The notes beneath the pieces are model-generated. The model saw nothing but the letters and a program-made list of their open reading frames with translations. It made no database searches and was not told where the DNA came from. 64,000 bases of DNA from Chloroflexota bacterium (GTDB taxonomy: Bacteria > Chloroflexota > Anaerolineae > Aggregatilineales > Phototrophicaceae), in the NCBI GenBank assembly GCA_026708115.1, contig JAPOVL010000050.1, positions 156,876 to 220,875 of the forward strand, read 5' to 3'. Below are positions 34,223 to 43,915 of this stretch, one piece after another; positions within the stretch are counted from its first letter, which is position 1, and the number at the start of each line of letters is the position of its first letter. The position numbers and the translations under genes were made by a program.

Positions 34223-35692
34223 ATGAAACCTGCCAATTTGCTCTTTATCCTCTCCGATCAGCATCAAGCGGCGGCTATGGGCTGCGCCGGGCATCCCTTG
34301 CTGCAAACTCCCAACCTCGACCGCCTCGCTGCATCCGGCGCCCGCTTCAGCAACGCCTACACACCTTGCGCCATCTGCGTGCCCGCCCGCGCCGTCTTGG
34401 CCACGGGCCAATATGTGCATCAGATCGGCTACTGGGACAACGGCAATCCCTACGATGGGGGCGTCAAGAGCTGGATGCACCGACTCAAGGAATCCGGCTA
34501 TCAAGTCGATTCCATCGGCAAGCTGCACTTCCGCAGCGCCGAAGACGACAACGGTTTCACCCAGGAAATCGAGCCTCTGCACGTCGTCGAAGGCATCGGC
34601 GATCCCGCCAGCGGCATCCGCGACGGCTCCTTGATTCGCAATTCGCGCGGCGGCATCGACGAAGCCGGCGCCGGCCCCAGCACCTATCAGGCCTACGATA
34701 TCCGCAATCGGGACAACGCCCTGCGTTGGCTGCGCCAACACGCCAATGACGACCAGCCCTGGGTCCTGTTTTTGAGCTTTGTCACGCCACATCCGCCCTT
34801 CCTGTCGCCGCCGGATACCTATGCCCTCTATCCGCATGACCGCATCGCCTTGCCGCCTCAATGGCGCGAGTCGGATTGGGTCAAGCATCCGGCCTTTCAA
34901 TATATGCGCCGTTCCTTCGGCTTCGAGCAACCCTTCGACGAAGCGACCATCCGGCGGCTCCACGCCGCCTATTACGGCATCTGCACCTTCCTTGACCAGC
35001 AGATTGGCCAGGTGCTCGAAGCAGTCGACGATTTGAACTTGCGAGACTCAACGCGAATCATCTATACCTCCGATCATGGCGAGCAGCTTGGCGCGCGCGG
35101 CATATTCGGCAAGATCACCATGTACGAGGAATCATCCGCCATTCCTTTTATCATGTCCGGTCCCGATGTGCCGCCAGGAGTGGTTGTCGACACGCCGATC
35201 TCGCTAATCGATTGCTATCCAACCATCCTCAGCGCTGTCGGCTGCCCGCCGAGTGATGCCGATCAAACGCGCCCGGGCGAATCGCTCTGGCCAATCGCGA
35301 ACGAAGCCGGGCGCGACCGCACGATCTTTGCGGAATATCACGCCGTCGGCTCGCGAAACGCCTACTATATGCTGCGCGACCGACGCTACAAGTACGTCTA
35401 TCATGTGGCTGCGCCGCCCCAATTGTTTGACCTGGATGCCGATCCGTTGGAACTTCACGATCTGGCCATTGACGCGGATGTCGATGCGCGCAATTTGCTG
35501 AATAAATATGAAGCCCAATTGCGCGCGATCCTGGATCCGGAAGCGGTTGACGCGCGCGCGAAAGCGGATCAGACGCGGCGCATAGAGGAATTGGGCGGCC
35601 GCGACGCCGTGGTCGCTCGGGGCTCCTTCATCAACTCGCCCGTGCCCGGTGAAGAACCGAATTTCCGGCAGTTGCAATCCCCCTCCGCTTGA
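34223..35692 (+). CDS. sulfatase (alkaline-phosphatase superfamily)
   Basis: NLLFILSDQH and CAICVPARAVLATGQ (the C-x-P-x-R formylglycine motif) are present. The ATG at 34223 is preferred over the track GTG at 34208. Confidence 0.9.
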   Translation: MKPANLLFILSDQHQAAAMGCAGHPLLQTPNLDRLAASGARFSNAYTPCAICVPARAVLATGQYVHQIGYWDNGNPYDGGVKSWMHRLKESGYQVDSIGKLHFRSAEDDNGFTQEIEPLHVVEGIGDPASGIRDGSLIRNSRGGIDEAGAGPSTYQAYDIRNRDNALRWLRQHANDDQPWVLFLSFVTPHPPFLSPPDTYALYPHDRIALPPQWRESDWVKHPAFQYMRRSFGFEQPFDEATIRRLHAAYYGICTFLDQQIGQVLEAVDDLNLRDSTRIIYTSDHGEQLGARGIFGKITMYEESSAIPFIMSGPDVPPGVVVDTPISLIDCYPTILSAVGCPPSDADQTRPGESLWPIANEAGRDRTIFAEYHAVGSRNAYYMLRDRRYKYVYHVAAPPQLFDLDADPLELHDLAIDADVDARNLLNKYEAQLRAILDPEAVDARAKADQTRRIEELGGRDAVVARGSFINSPVPGEEPNFRQLQSPSA

Positions 35693-35721
35693 GCCGTCGG
35701 CGGGGTCGGCAAGGGCCGCGC

Positions 35722-35753
35722 GAAAAAAACAAAAAACCAGCCGGTTCGCTGGT
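35722..35753 (-). terminator. intrinsic terminator downstream of tRNA-Arg
   Basis: On the minus strand, ACCAGC-GAACCG-GCTGGT is followed by TTTTTTGTTTTTTT. Confidence 0.75.
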
Positions 35754-35776
35754 CCTTCGCAAGCATTGGCTTCGTG

Positions 35777-35849
35777 CGTGCCTGGAGAGATTCGAACTCC
35801 CGACACCTGGTTCCGTAGACCAGTGCTCTATCCGCTGAGCTACAGGCAC
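35777..35849 (-). tRNA. tRNA-Arg (anticodon ACG)
   Basis: The reverse complement is GTGCCTGTAGCTCAGCGGATAGAGCACTGGTCTACGGAACCAGGTGTCGGGAGTTCGAATCTCTCCAGGCACG. It has a 7-bp acceptor stem, a D loop AGCTCAGCGGATAGAGC, an anticodon stem CTGGT/ACCAG with loop CTACGGA, and a T arm GGGAGTTCGAATCTCTC. CCA is not encoded. Confidence 0.9.
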
Positions 35850-36126
35850 AATAGCAAGGATCAGGATAGGCCTTTTATGGCTCAAAGTCAAGTGCCAATC
35901 GCGGGACCCATCGCGCCGGATCACATTGAGAAAAGGCAAATGACGCTGCAGATCAGGTCGCGATCGCGCGGGGCCAAACCGGCGACGAAGCTGAGCGCTG
36001 ATGCGACAAATCAGATGCGGATAGGCCAAGCCGCCCGTTCTGATTGCCCGCAAATCTGATAGGCGTAATTCTTGACATGAACCATAATTATAGGTATTCG
36101 GCTTATCGTTCAGGAGAGCCTTTCCT

Positions 36127-37389
36127 TTGCGCGGGTGGCGGCTTTTACCTCCCGTACCGATCGGGGGAAGCGCAGTTTCACATCAGCGAAGATTGCCGGC
36201 AGTTCTGCTATTGACCGTCGTCCTTACAGGATGCAGCATAGGCAACTTCGGTCAAGCCGCAGCGACTGCGACGGTCCCGCCCTTGCCCTCTGCAACGACA
36301 ATTCCTGAAGCGACAGCTACAGAACAGCGCAGACCAACTGCCACGCCTACCGAGACAGCAGTGCCCAGCGCAACGGCCAGCGCTACACCCTCGCCCACGC
36401 CTACGCATACCGTCACGCCCACTGCCACAGCCACTGCCACGCCGACAGTTTTCGCCCTGGTGCGATCCCAGTTACGCGTGAATGTGCGCGGCGGCCCTGG
36501 CACGGATCACGACATTGTTAACATACTTGAGCCCGGCAGCGGCGTGCAGATCCTGTCGGAAAACGCGGAAAGAAACTGGTATCAGGTTCAACTGGATGAC
36601 GGCGAGCGCGGCTGGATAAGCGCCAGGCTCTTGCAAGTTGTGAATCCGCGGCCGCCGACCGTGCCAGCGCCGTCCGTTGGAACAGCCCCTGCCTCCCCGG
36701 CGGCGGAAGCCGCGGCGACGCAGGACCAGGACGAACCGATCGGCGCCGCGCCCGCAGCCGACGAAGCCCAAGCCATTGCCGAGGCATCAGGCTCGCAGCC
36801 TCAGTTGGTCTTCAATGTCCCCATCATCGATCTCGAGTCGATCAACCTGACGGCGACCGTCTTGGTTGCCAATGCCGCTTCGCCCGTCCCGGGCCTCGCC
36901 GAGGCGTCCGTAAGGCCGACCGACGAACCGGCCCAGCCGACACGTCCCAGGGCAGACAGCGTTGATCTGCCGACGCGCGTTCCGGCGGCGCCTCGCAGCG
37001 GTGTAGACGTCTTCGCCTTCTGCAACAACCCGGTATACGGCATCGGCGCGCCCTCCAACTTGACGGCGGGCTCCACGATCGAGATCTTTTGGGCTTGGTT
37101 CGCCAGCACAGATGCCTACCTGCGCCAGCATATCGCCAACGCCACGCATGAACTGCGCATCAACGGGACGCAGATTAGCAATGTCGATCAGTTCCGCAGC
37201 GCGCCCAGGCAACGCGGCCGCGACCAGGTGGTCTACTGGTACGTGCCCTACGGTCCGCTGGAAGTCGGCAATTATCGCATCACCTATCGCGTGACCTGGC
37301 GCAATGCCATCAACGACGGCTATCAGGCTTACGGCCCGGGCACCGGCACAGAGTTCGAAGAAGAAAGCTGCAACTTTGTCGTGAGGTAG
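36127..37389 (+). CDS. lipoprotein with a Thr/Pro-rich linker and a bacterial SH3 domain
   Basis: It has a lipobox LLLTVVLTGCS and a TPT/ATA-rich linker. The SH3b-like segment is RVNVRGGPGTDHDIVNILEPGSGVQILSE..NWYQVQLDDGERGWISARLL. The TTG start is uncertain. Confidence 0.65.
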   Translation: MRGWRLLPPVPIGGSAVSHQRRLPAVLLLTVVLTGCSIGNFGQAAATATVPPLPSATTIPEATATEQRRPTATPTETAVPSATASATPSPTPTHTVTPTATATATPTVFALVRSQLRVNVRGGPGTDHDIVNILEPGSGVQILSENAERNWYQVQLDDGERGWISARLLQVVNPRPPTVPAPSVGTAPASPAAEAAATQDQDEPIGAAPAADEAQAIAEASGSQPQLVFNVPIIDLESINLTATVLVANAASPVPGLAEASVRPTDEPAQPTRPRADSVDLPTRVPAAPRSGVDVFAFCNNPVYGIGAPSNLTAGSTIEIFWAWFASTDAYLRQHIANATHELRINGTQISNVDQFRSAPRQRGRDQVVYWYVPYGPLEVGNYRITYRVTWRNAINDGYQAYGPGTGTEFEEESCNFVVR

Positions 37390-37394
37390 ATCTA

Positions 37395-38147
37395 GTGCAT
37401 CGGTCCGGCGGGTGGCTCACTTCAGAATCGGGCGCCGGAGAGGTATTGCTGCGGGGCGGCGAGGTCCACCTGTCGATCCCAGTGACGGCCTCCGACTGTT
37501 ATCACAACGCGCAGATCAGCGATTACCAGGCTACGGCACCTCGCTTCGGCAATCGTCCGCCGCTGCGCCTCAGCCTGCGCGCCCGCGGACAGGGCGATAT
37601 AAAGGGAACTGCCGGATTTGGCTTTTGGAATCAGGTATTCGTTCCCGGGCGTCGCCGTTTTCGCTTGCCGCAAGCGATCTGGTTCTTCTTCGGCGGTCCA
37701 GCAAATGACATTGCGCTGGCAAGCGGTGTCCCCGGGCATGGCTGGAAGGCCGCCACGATCAATGCGCGAGGATGGCGATTTTACGGTCTCCTGCCTTTGG
37801 CGCCACTTGGCTTCTTGGCGATGCGCAGTCAAACGCTTTATCAGAAGCTCTGGCCAGTCGGGCAAAGGGCGATCAACGTCCGCGAGGCCCTGCTCGACTC
37901 GATGTTCTTGCAGGATTTTCACAGCTATGCGATCGAATGGCGCGAGGACCGAGTTGTATTCTCGGTTGACGATGCGGTTGTTCTCTGCAGCGAGCGCGCG
38001 CCCGGCTCGGCGCTCGGCTTCATCGCCTGGCTGGACAATCAGTACGCGATAGTGACGCCCCAGGGCAGATTCGGCTGGGGCCTGCTGGATGGTCCGGAAC
38101 CACAGAAACTCATCTTGCGCGATATCGAGATCACCCGCCTGGCTTGA
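37395..38147 (+). CDS. concanavalin-A-like / GH16-like beta-sandwich protein
   Basis: FHSYAIEWREDRVVFSVDDAVV resembles the conserved strand pattern of GH16 and LamG folds. I could not find an ExDxxE catalytic motif, so it is possibly non-catalytic. Confidence 0.45.
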   Translation: MHRSGGWLTSESGAGEVLLRGGEVHLSIPVTASDCYHNAQISDYQATAPRFGNRPPLRLSLRARGQGDIKGTAGFGFWNQVFVPGRRRFRLPQAIWFFFGGPANDIALASGVPGHGWKAATINARGWRFYGLLPLAPLGFLAMRSQTLYQKLWPVGQRAINVREALLDSMFLQDFHSYAIEWREDRVVFSVDDAVVLCSERAPGSALGFIAWLDNQYAIVTPQGRFGWGLLDGPEPQKLILRDIEITRLA

Positions 38148-38222
38148 TTTCCAGTTCATCTCTTGGGCTATCGCGCGGCCTGATGTTAATATGGATGCAA
38201 GTGCCACAGCCGGAGAGGAGCG

Positions 38223-39338
38223 TTGCCGCAAGTGCCCGACATCTCGAGACGTCAGACGTCATTTGCGCATTTGATGGATGCGGTCGCCAGGCGCAGAAAG
38301 CTGCTCATGGACTATTTGCTCCAGGAGCGGTTCGTGAAGCGCTTCCAACCAGCGCATATCCGAGAGGCGGTTTACAGCTATGTCAAGAGCGGCGGCAAGT
38401 CCTTGCGCCCGGCGGTGGCGATGCTCGCCTGTGGCGCCCTTGGCGGCGAGGAAAAGGCCGTCTTGCCCGTGGCTGCCGCCATCGAGATTTATCACACCTG
38501 GACACTGGTCCATGATGATGTGATCGACAGAGACAGGACCCGGCGCGGCGGACCAACTGTTCACACGGAATACGCTGATCGCGCGCGTCAAGACTTCGGC
38601 TGGACGGGCGCCGATGCCGAGCACTACGGCCGGACCATCGCTCTGCTGACCGGTGACGTACAGCAAGCCTGGTCTTGGTCGCTGCTCTTTGAAGCGCGCC
38701 ATGAGGGAGGCGTGGTGGCCGATGTCGTCCTGGCGCTGGCACAGGAACTGGCGAGCCATGTGACACCGCTGCTGGTCGAAGGCGAAACGCTCGATGTTCA
38801 GTTTGTGGGCATGCGCAAACAGATCAACGAAGCGGACGTCGTTGATATGCTGTGGAAAAAAACGGGCGTACTCTATGAATTTGCCGGGCGCGCCGGCGCC
38901 GCGATCGCGCTCAACAGCGCAGACAGCGATGTGCCAGAGGCGCTGGCATTGGCCCGGTTTTGCAGCTTGTGCGGCACCGCCTTTCAGATTCAAGACGATA
39001 TTCTGGGCGTGGTCGGCGATACGCAACAGTTGGGCAAACCGGTCGGCTCCGATATCCGCGAAGGCAAGTCTACGCTCTTGACCCTGAAAGCGCTGCAATC
39101 GGCCAATGAACGGCAACGCGCCCGGTTGCAGTCTATCCTTGGCAACGCGCGAGCCAGCGATGACGCCATTAACGAGGTTGCGCAACTGCTGCGCGACCTG
39201 GGCGCGATCAAGTACGCGCAGGATCTGTCGCACAAGTATGTTGACGAAGCCCTGGCGCATTTGCGGCCGCTGCCGGATAGCGAATACAAAGTCCTGCTGC
39301 GGAGTTGGGCGAATTACCTGATTCAGCGCGATTTGTAA
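38223..39338 (+). CDS. polyprenyl diphosphate synthase (GGPP synthase-like)
   Basis: The first Asp-rich motif is LVHDDVIDRD and the second is FQIQDDILG, followed by GK..GSD..EGK.T. GGAGAGGAG lies just upstream of the TTG. The ATG at 38274 is an alternative start. Confidence 0.9.
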   Translation: MPQVPDISRRQTSFAHLMDAVARRRKLLMDYLLQERFVKRFQPAHIREAVYSYVKSGGKSLRPAVAMLACGALGGEEKAVLPVAAAIEIYHTWTLVHDDVIDRDRTRRGGPTVHTEYADRARQDFGWTGADAEHYGRTIALLTGDVQQAWSWSLLFEARHEGGVVADVVLALAQELASHVTPLLVEGETLDVQFVGMRKQINEADVVDMLWKKTGVLYEFAGRAGAAIALNSADSDVPEALALARFCSLCGTAFQIQDDILGVVGDTQQLGKPVGSDIREGKSTLLTLKALQSANERQRARLQSILGNARASDDAINEVAQLLRDLGAIKYAQDLSHKYVDEALAHLRPLPDSEYKVLLRSWANYLIQRDL

Positions 39339-39411
39339 GCATAATCTTGCGGCGCTTCACATTGATTTCGGTTTGCTGACGCGAAAAGGCCGGCTCAAGT
39401 TTGGCGCGGAA

Positions 39412-40425
39412 CTACGAGACGGGTTCGAGCTCGTCGTCGCGGGTGGCCGGGGCGCGACGTCGTTCGCGAATGAAATAGATGGCCTTGTGTTGCGACTCGT
39501 GATAGGTGCGCATGATCATATCGGCGACGATGCCGGTGCTGACGAACTGCACGCCAAGCACCATCAACAGGACAGAGAGCTGCAACAAGGGACGGTCACC
39601 GATTTTGTTCTCCGTCAACAGCTTGAACACGGTCAGATAGAGACCGAGCAAACTGCCTACCGCGCCTACCAGAATCCCGGCCGCGCCGAAGACATACAAG
39701 GGCCGGTTGAAATAACTCAGCAGGAAGATCACCGCGATCAAGTCGAGTATCACTTTGAAGGTGCGGCTAAAGCCGTACTTGCTGCTGCCCCACTTGCGCG
39801 CGCGATCCTTGACCGGGATTTCCGCCACGCGCACACCCATCTGGCTGGCGAGCGCCGGAATGAAGCGATGCAGTTCGCCGTATAGCTGAACGCCCTTGGC
39901 GACGTCAAAATGGTAGGCTTTTAATGTGCAGCCGTAGTCATGCAAGCGGATCCCGGTCGCGCGCGAGATGAGGCGATTGGCAATCATGGACGGGATGCGC
40001 CGCAAGAAGAGCGGCTCTTTGCGATCTTGCCGCCAGCCACTGACGATATCGTATCCCTCAGCGAATTTATCCAGGATGCGCTGAATATCCCGCGGATCGT
40101 TTTGCAAGTCGGCGTCGATCGTAATGATGACCTCGCCGCGGGCCGCGTCAAAGCCGGCCGCCATGGCTGCTGTCTGCCCGAAATTGCGGCGAAAATGGAT
40201 AATGTGCCAGCGCGCGTCCTTCGCTTGCAAGTCGTTTAACATGTCGTAAGTGCGGTCGCTGCTGCCGTCATTGATCGCGACCACTTCGAAATCGCGTCCG
40301 ATGTCCTCGAGCGCAGCGGTCAATTCTTGATACAAGCGGTCGATATTGCCTTCTTCGTTGTATACAGGTATGACTACCGAGATGCCAAGCTCGGGACGCG
40401 TGATTACATCGGGCGCAATCGACAT
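39412..40425 (-). CDS. GT2 polyprenol-phosphate glycosyltransferase (DPM1 / GtrB / ArnC-like) with C-terminal TM helices
   Basis: ISVVIPVYNEE, NDGSSD.T, and DADLQNDP (DxD). Confidence 0.9.
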   Translation of the reverse strand: MSIAPDVITRPELGISVVIPVYNEEGNIDRLYQELTAALEDIGRDFEVVAINDGSSDRTYDMLNDLQAKDARWHIIHFRRNFGQTAAMAAGFDAARGEVIITIDADLQNDPRDIQRILDKFAEGYDIVSGWRQDRKEPLFLRRIPSMIANRLISRATGIRLHDYGCTLKAYHFDVAKGVQLYGELHRFIPALASQMGVRVAEIPVKDRARKWGSSKYGFSRTFKVILDLIAVIFLLSYFNRPLYVFGAAGILVGAVGSLLGLYLTVFKLLTENKIGDRPLLQLSVLLMVLGVQFVSTGIVADMIMRTYHESQHKAIYFIRERRRAPATRDDELEPVS

Positions 40426-40547
40426 CGGGTTTCTCCAGCAGAACTAGCGGTAATTCTAGCATTCCGCCGGCGGGTATACCAGACAGGGCAGCGCGCTTTC
40501 ATTCGGGCGCGGAATCTCGTACCTGCGCGGTCTCGGCAAATCGTAGG

Positions 40548-43500
40548 TTGACCGTTGTTCTTGGTATAGCGCGCAGGCGAGCAAAACTGTCGCTTATGCT
40601 CTATTCTGATAGAATGAACGCACAGTCGAGGCTGGGCTATGACATGACGGACGACAGGATCGAAGAACCGGAAGGCAAGGAAGACGGCGAGACGACCGTT
40701 GCCGGGCGCGGGCAAGGGCCGCCAAGAGACGAGACGATGACCTCGAATCTGGAGCCGGTGCGGGGCCAGGCCGATGTGCCATTCTCGTTGCCGCATGTCT
40801 CCGAGCTCGAAGTGACGCCTCGCGATGCGCGCAAAGAAGCCGGGAAGCTGATCACCATGCCGGCCTTTGGCAGCATCAAACCCGATGAGCAGGCCGCGCC
40901 GACAATCGTTTCCGCGGCGAGCCAAGGACCGATTGACAGCGTCTCGTCCCGGCGCCTGGATTCGCCCTCGTCAACGCGTCACTCGGGCGCAGGCGGGAAT
41001 ACGATGCCGAAAACTCCGGAAGTCTATGCCAGGACCCAGCCGGCCAGCCCACCCGGTGGTCTGCCGCGCAAGCGCGCCCGCCGGAAACGCATGCTCGGCC
41101 TGCCGCTGGGCTGCTTCTGGGCGCTCGCGGGGCTGTGCCTCACGTTTTGCGGCGGTCTGACTCTGTTGACGACCGCGGGCGCGATGATCGTGTTCCCGCA
41201 GGTTGAAGCCGAGTGGGCGGCGCGCATCGCCGAGGTTGACAGCTATCGCGGCTTTGAGAGCACTTTCATCTACGATCGCTACGGCAACACTTTATATGAG
41301 GCTTTTGGAGAGGGCAGACGGGTCCGCGTCAGTTATGACCGCATTCCCAGATCGCTCATCCTGGCCACAATTGCGATCGAAGACGACACGTTTTTCGAAA
41401 ACATCGGTATCGATATAGGCGCGACGGCGGTGGCGGCGCTGACCTATCTGGGCGCGTCCCCCGGCGAGATCACGGCGGGCGGCAGCACCATCACGCAGCA
41501 ATTGGTGCGCAATGTGCTGTTCGATTTCGAAAAGCGCGCCAGGCGCAGCGTGGCCCGCAAGGCGGAAGAGATCGTTTTGGCGATCGCGCTGACGGGGGCC
41601 AAGAGCAAAGAAGACATCCTCGAGATGTACTTCAACGAGATCTATTACGGCAATTTGGCCTACGGCGCGCAAACGGCGGCCCAGACTTTCTTTGGCAAGG
41701 ATGTTCGGGACTTAACGCTGGGCGAAGCGGCGCTGCTGGCAGGCTTGCCACAAGCGCCGGCGAGCCTCGACCCGCTCAATCCCGATCCGGCGGTGCAGGC
41801 GGCTGTTGACGTGCGCTGGCGCCAGGTTCTGGGCGAAATGGTCGAGGAGGGTTTCATTTCTGAGCAGGAGGTGAAGGAGGCCTTAAGCGAAGGTCTGTCT
41901 TTTGTGCCAGCCAAGGTATCTTTGAACGCGCCTCACTTCACTGTCTATGCGCAGGGGGAACTGGAACGTCTGATGACCGGTTTGGGTTATAGCCCTGATG
42001 ACATCGCGCGCGGGGGCTTGCGCGTCTACACGACGCTTGACCAAAACGTCAATCAACTGGCGCAGCGCGCCGCCGCCAATCAAGTGGCCCAGCTCTGGAA
42101 CAAAAACGTCAGCAACGGCGCTGTGGTCGTCACCAAGCCGCAGACGGGCGAGATCATCGCCATGGTTGGCAGCATCGACTACCACAATGAGGCGATTGAC
42201 GGCAGCGTCAACGTGACCACAGCCTTTCGACAGCCGGGCAGCACCATCAAGCCCTTCACTTATGCGGCGGCGATCGAGCGCGGCATGTCGCCCGGCGATG
42301 TCTTGTGGGATACGCGAACGGAGGTCTCGGTTCCCGGTCTGCCTTTGTACACGCCGCGCAACTTCGATAACGCCTTTCATGGTCCCATGACCATGCGCAC
42401 TGCGCTGGCAAACAGTTATAACATCCCGGCGGTGCAAACCCTGCGTTCGGTGGGCGTGGACTACCTGCTGGGCTTGTTGCGCCGCTTTGGCATAACAACT
42501 TTAAGCGAAGACGCGTCACAATACGGCTTGTCTTTGACGCTTGGCGGCGGGGAAATCACGCTGATTGAGCTCACAAACGCTTTTGCCGTCTTCGCCAATC
42601 AAGGCGCCTATGTGCCGGTGACCGCTATCTTATGCGTCATCAACAGCGACGATGAGATTCTCTATCAATATGAAGGCAGTTGTCCGGCGGGGCGCAGCAC
42701 GGAAAGGACGGTCAACCGAAACGACCATGGCGCCTTAGTGCTTGATCCACGCATCGCGTACCTGATCACGGACATGCTGGGTGACAATCGAGCTCGCAGC
42801 GAAGCCATGGGCGCCTACAGCCCATTGCGCAGCGATGGCATATTCTCCGCGGTCAAGACGGGCACCACCGACGACGTCAAGGACAATTGGACGGTCGGCT
42901 ACACGCGCAATGTCGCCGTCGGCGTCTGGGTGGGCAATAACGACGGCAGGCCGATGGTGAATTCTTCGGGTTTGACAGGCGCCGCGCCCATCTGGCATGC
43001 CGTGCTCACGGGCATTTACGGCAACCAGAAACTGTTGGGCGCTTTGGCGACGGGGGGGCAGTTGCTGAATGACCAGCCGATCCCGCCGGCGGGTATCAGC
43101 CGGCGCCAGATATGCGATGTCCGGCGCTTGAGCGATCCCTCGACGCGCTGCCCGGCAACCGTTGACGAATGGTTTCTCGATGGACCGGCGGGGATTCCCG
43201 ACGAGAATGGCTTGCTGCGCTATCCGCAGGTAAGCGCAGGGCGGACGCCGGTACCGGTGCAAGGCTCGGTACTTCACCGCGTGTCGCCGGGCATCTATCA
43301 GACTTTGGCGTTTCCTTTGCCGCCGGAAGTCGCGGCTGGCATACGCTTTCAAGTGGGCCCGGGCGAGAAGCAGCCCTTGCCGCCGAGTTATTGCCGCGTG
43401 CCCGTGCAAGACGCGCAGGAAGCGATCGCGGCCGGCGCGCAAAATCTATGGTTTATAGAGGGGCCATCGACATCCCCGGGCGATGTCGTTGAGGCGGAAC

Positions 43501-43886
43501 GGTACGCCCGGGAAGCGAACCTGGCGTTGCTGCCGACGATTGAATGCCTGCCCAGCTTTTACAGGCTGCGCTCGATTGGCAACGTCGGGGCGGTTTTGCA
43601 GATTCAGCAGCCGGTCAACGGGCAAAGCGTCAATCAGGCGCTGCCGATCGTGGGCACGGCCCAATTCAACAGCGGCCAGGGCGAGTATTATCATATGTAT
43701 ATTCGGGGCGGGCATTTCCTCGATTGGACGCCTTTGGGCCAGCGCCATCACCAGCCCGTGAGCAATGGACAGCTGGAGACGCTGCACGCCGATGCCCTGC
43801 AAGCGGGATCGTATATCTTGCGGCTGGCCTTGATACGCGGGGGTCATATCGTTCAGGTCGATGAAGTCATATTTGCGGTGCAATAG
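40548..43886 (+). CDS. class A penicillin-binding protein (transglycosylase/transpeptidase) with long N- and C-terminal extensions
   Basis: The GT51 motifs are AIEDDTFFEN, GGSTITQQLVRN and EMYFNEIYYG. The transpeptidase motifs are QPGSTIKP (SxxK), SYN and KTGTT. The start is uncertain: in-frame ATGs lie at 40596, 40614 and 40644, and the possible promoter at 40587-40615 would favour 40644. Confidence 0.9.
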   Translation: MTVVLGIARRRAKLSLMLYSDRMNAQSRLGYDMTDDRIEEPEGKEDGETTVAGRGQGPPRDETMTSNLEPVRGQADVPFSLPHVSELEVTPRDARKEAGKLITMPAFGSIKPDEQAAPTIVSAASQGPIDSVSSRRLDSPSSTRHSGAGGNTMPKTPEVYARTQPASPPGGLPRKRARRKRMLGLPLGCFWALAGLCLTFCGGLTLLTTAGAMIVFPQVEAEWAARIAEVDSYRGFESTFIYDRYGNTLYEAFGEGRRVRVSYDRIPRSLILATIAIEDDTFFENIGIDIGATAVAALTYLGASPGEITAGGSTITQQLVRNVLFDFEKRARRSVARKAEEIVLAIALTGAKSKEDILEMYFNEIYYGNLAYGAQTAAQTFFGKDVRDLTLGEAALLAGLPQAPASLDPLNPDPAVQAAVDVRWRQVLGEMVEEGFISEQEVKEALSEGLSFVPAKVSLNAPHFTVYAQGELERLMTGLGYSPDDIARGGLRVYTTLDQNVNQLAQRAAANQVAQLWNKNVSNGAVVVTKPQTGEIIAMVGSIDYHNEAIDGSVNVTTAFRQPGSTIKPFTYAAAIERGMSPGDVLWDTRTEVSVPGLPLYTPRNFDNAFHGPMTMRTALANSYNIPAVQTLRSVGVDYLLGLLRRFGITTLSEDASQYGLSLTLGGGEITLIELTNAFAVFANQGAYVPVTAILCVINSDDEILYQYEGSCPAGRSTERTVNRNDHGALVLDPRIAYLITDMLGDNRARSEAMGAYSPLRSDGIFSAVKTGTTDDVKDNWTVGYTRNVAVGVWVGNNDGRPMVNSSGLTGAAPIWHAVLTGIYGNQKLLGALATGGQLLNDQPIPPAGISRRQICDVRRLSDPSTRCPATVDEWFLDGPAGIPDENGLLRYPQVSAGRTPVPVQGSVLHRVSPGIYQTLAFPLPPEVAAGIRFQVGPGEKQPLPPSYCRVPVQDAQEAIAAGAQNLWFIEGPSTSPGDVVEAERYAREANLALLPTIECLPSFYRLRSIGNVGAVLQIQQPVNGQSVNQALPIVGTAQFNSGQGEYYHMYIRGGHFLDWTPLGQRHHQPVSNGQLETLHADALQAGSYILRLALIRGGHIVQVDEVIFAVQ
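40587..40615 (+). promoter_or_regulatory. putative promoter inside the annotated 5' end of the PBP ORF
   Basis: CTGTCG is followed by 17 nt and then TAGAAT preceded by TGA. The same TGTCGC....TGATAGAAT architecture occurs upstream of rpsB. Confidence 0.3.
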
Positions 43887-43915
43887 ACGGTGGTTGCGGA
43901 ATACGTATCGAATTC

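Noticed and set aside
34175-34963. 262-aa minus-strand ORF opposite the sulfatase gene, plus other long antisense ORFs (38259-39260, 37422-38231, 55726-56616, 57410-58237, 61204-61908, 42735-43442, 46181-47193).
   Set aside because: Each overlaps a gene with clear family motifs on the other strand and has low-complexity Arg/Ala/Gly composition.
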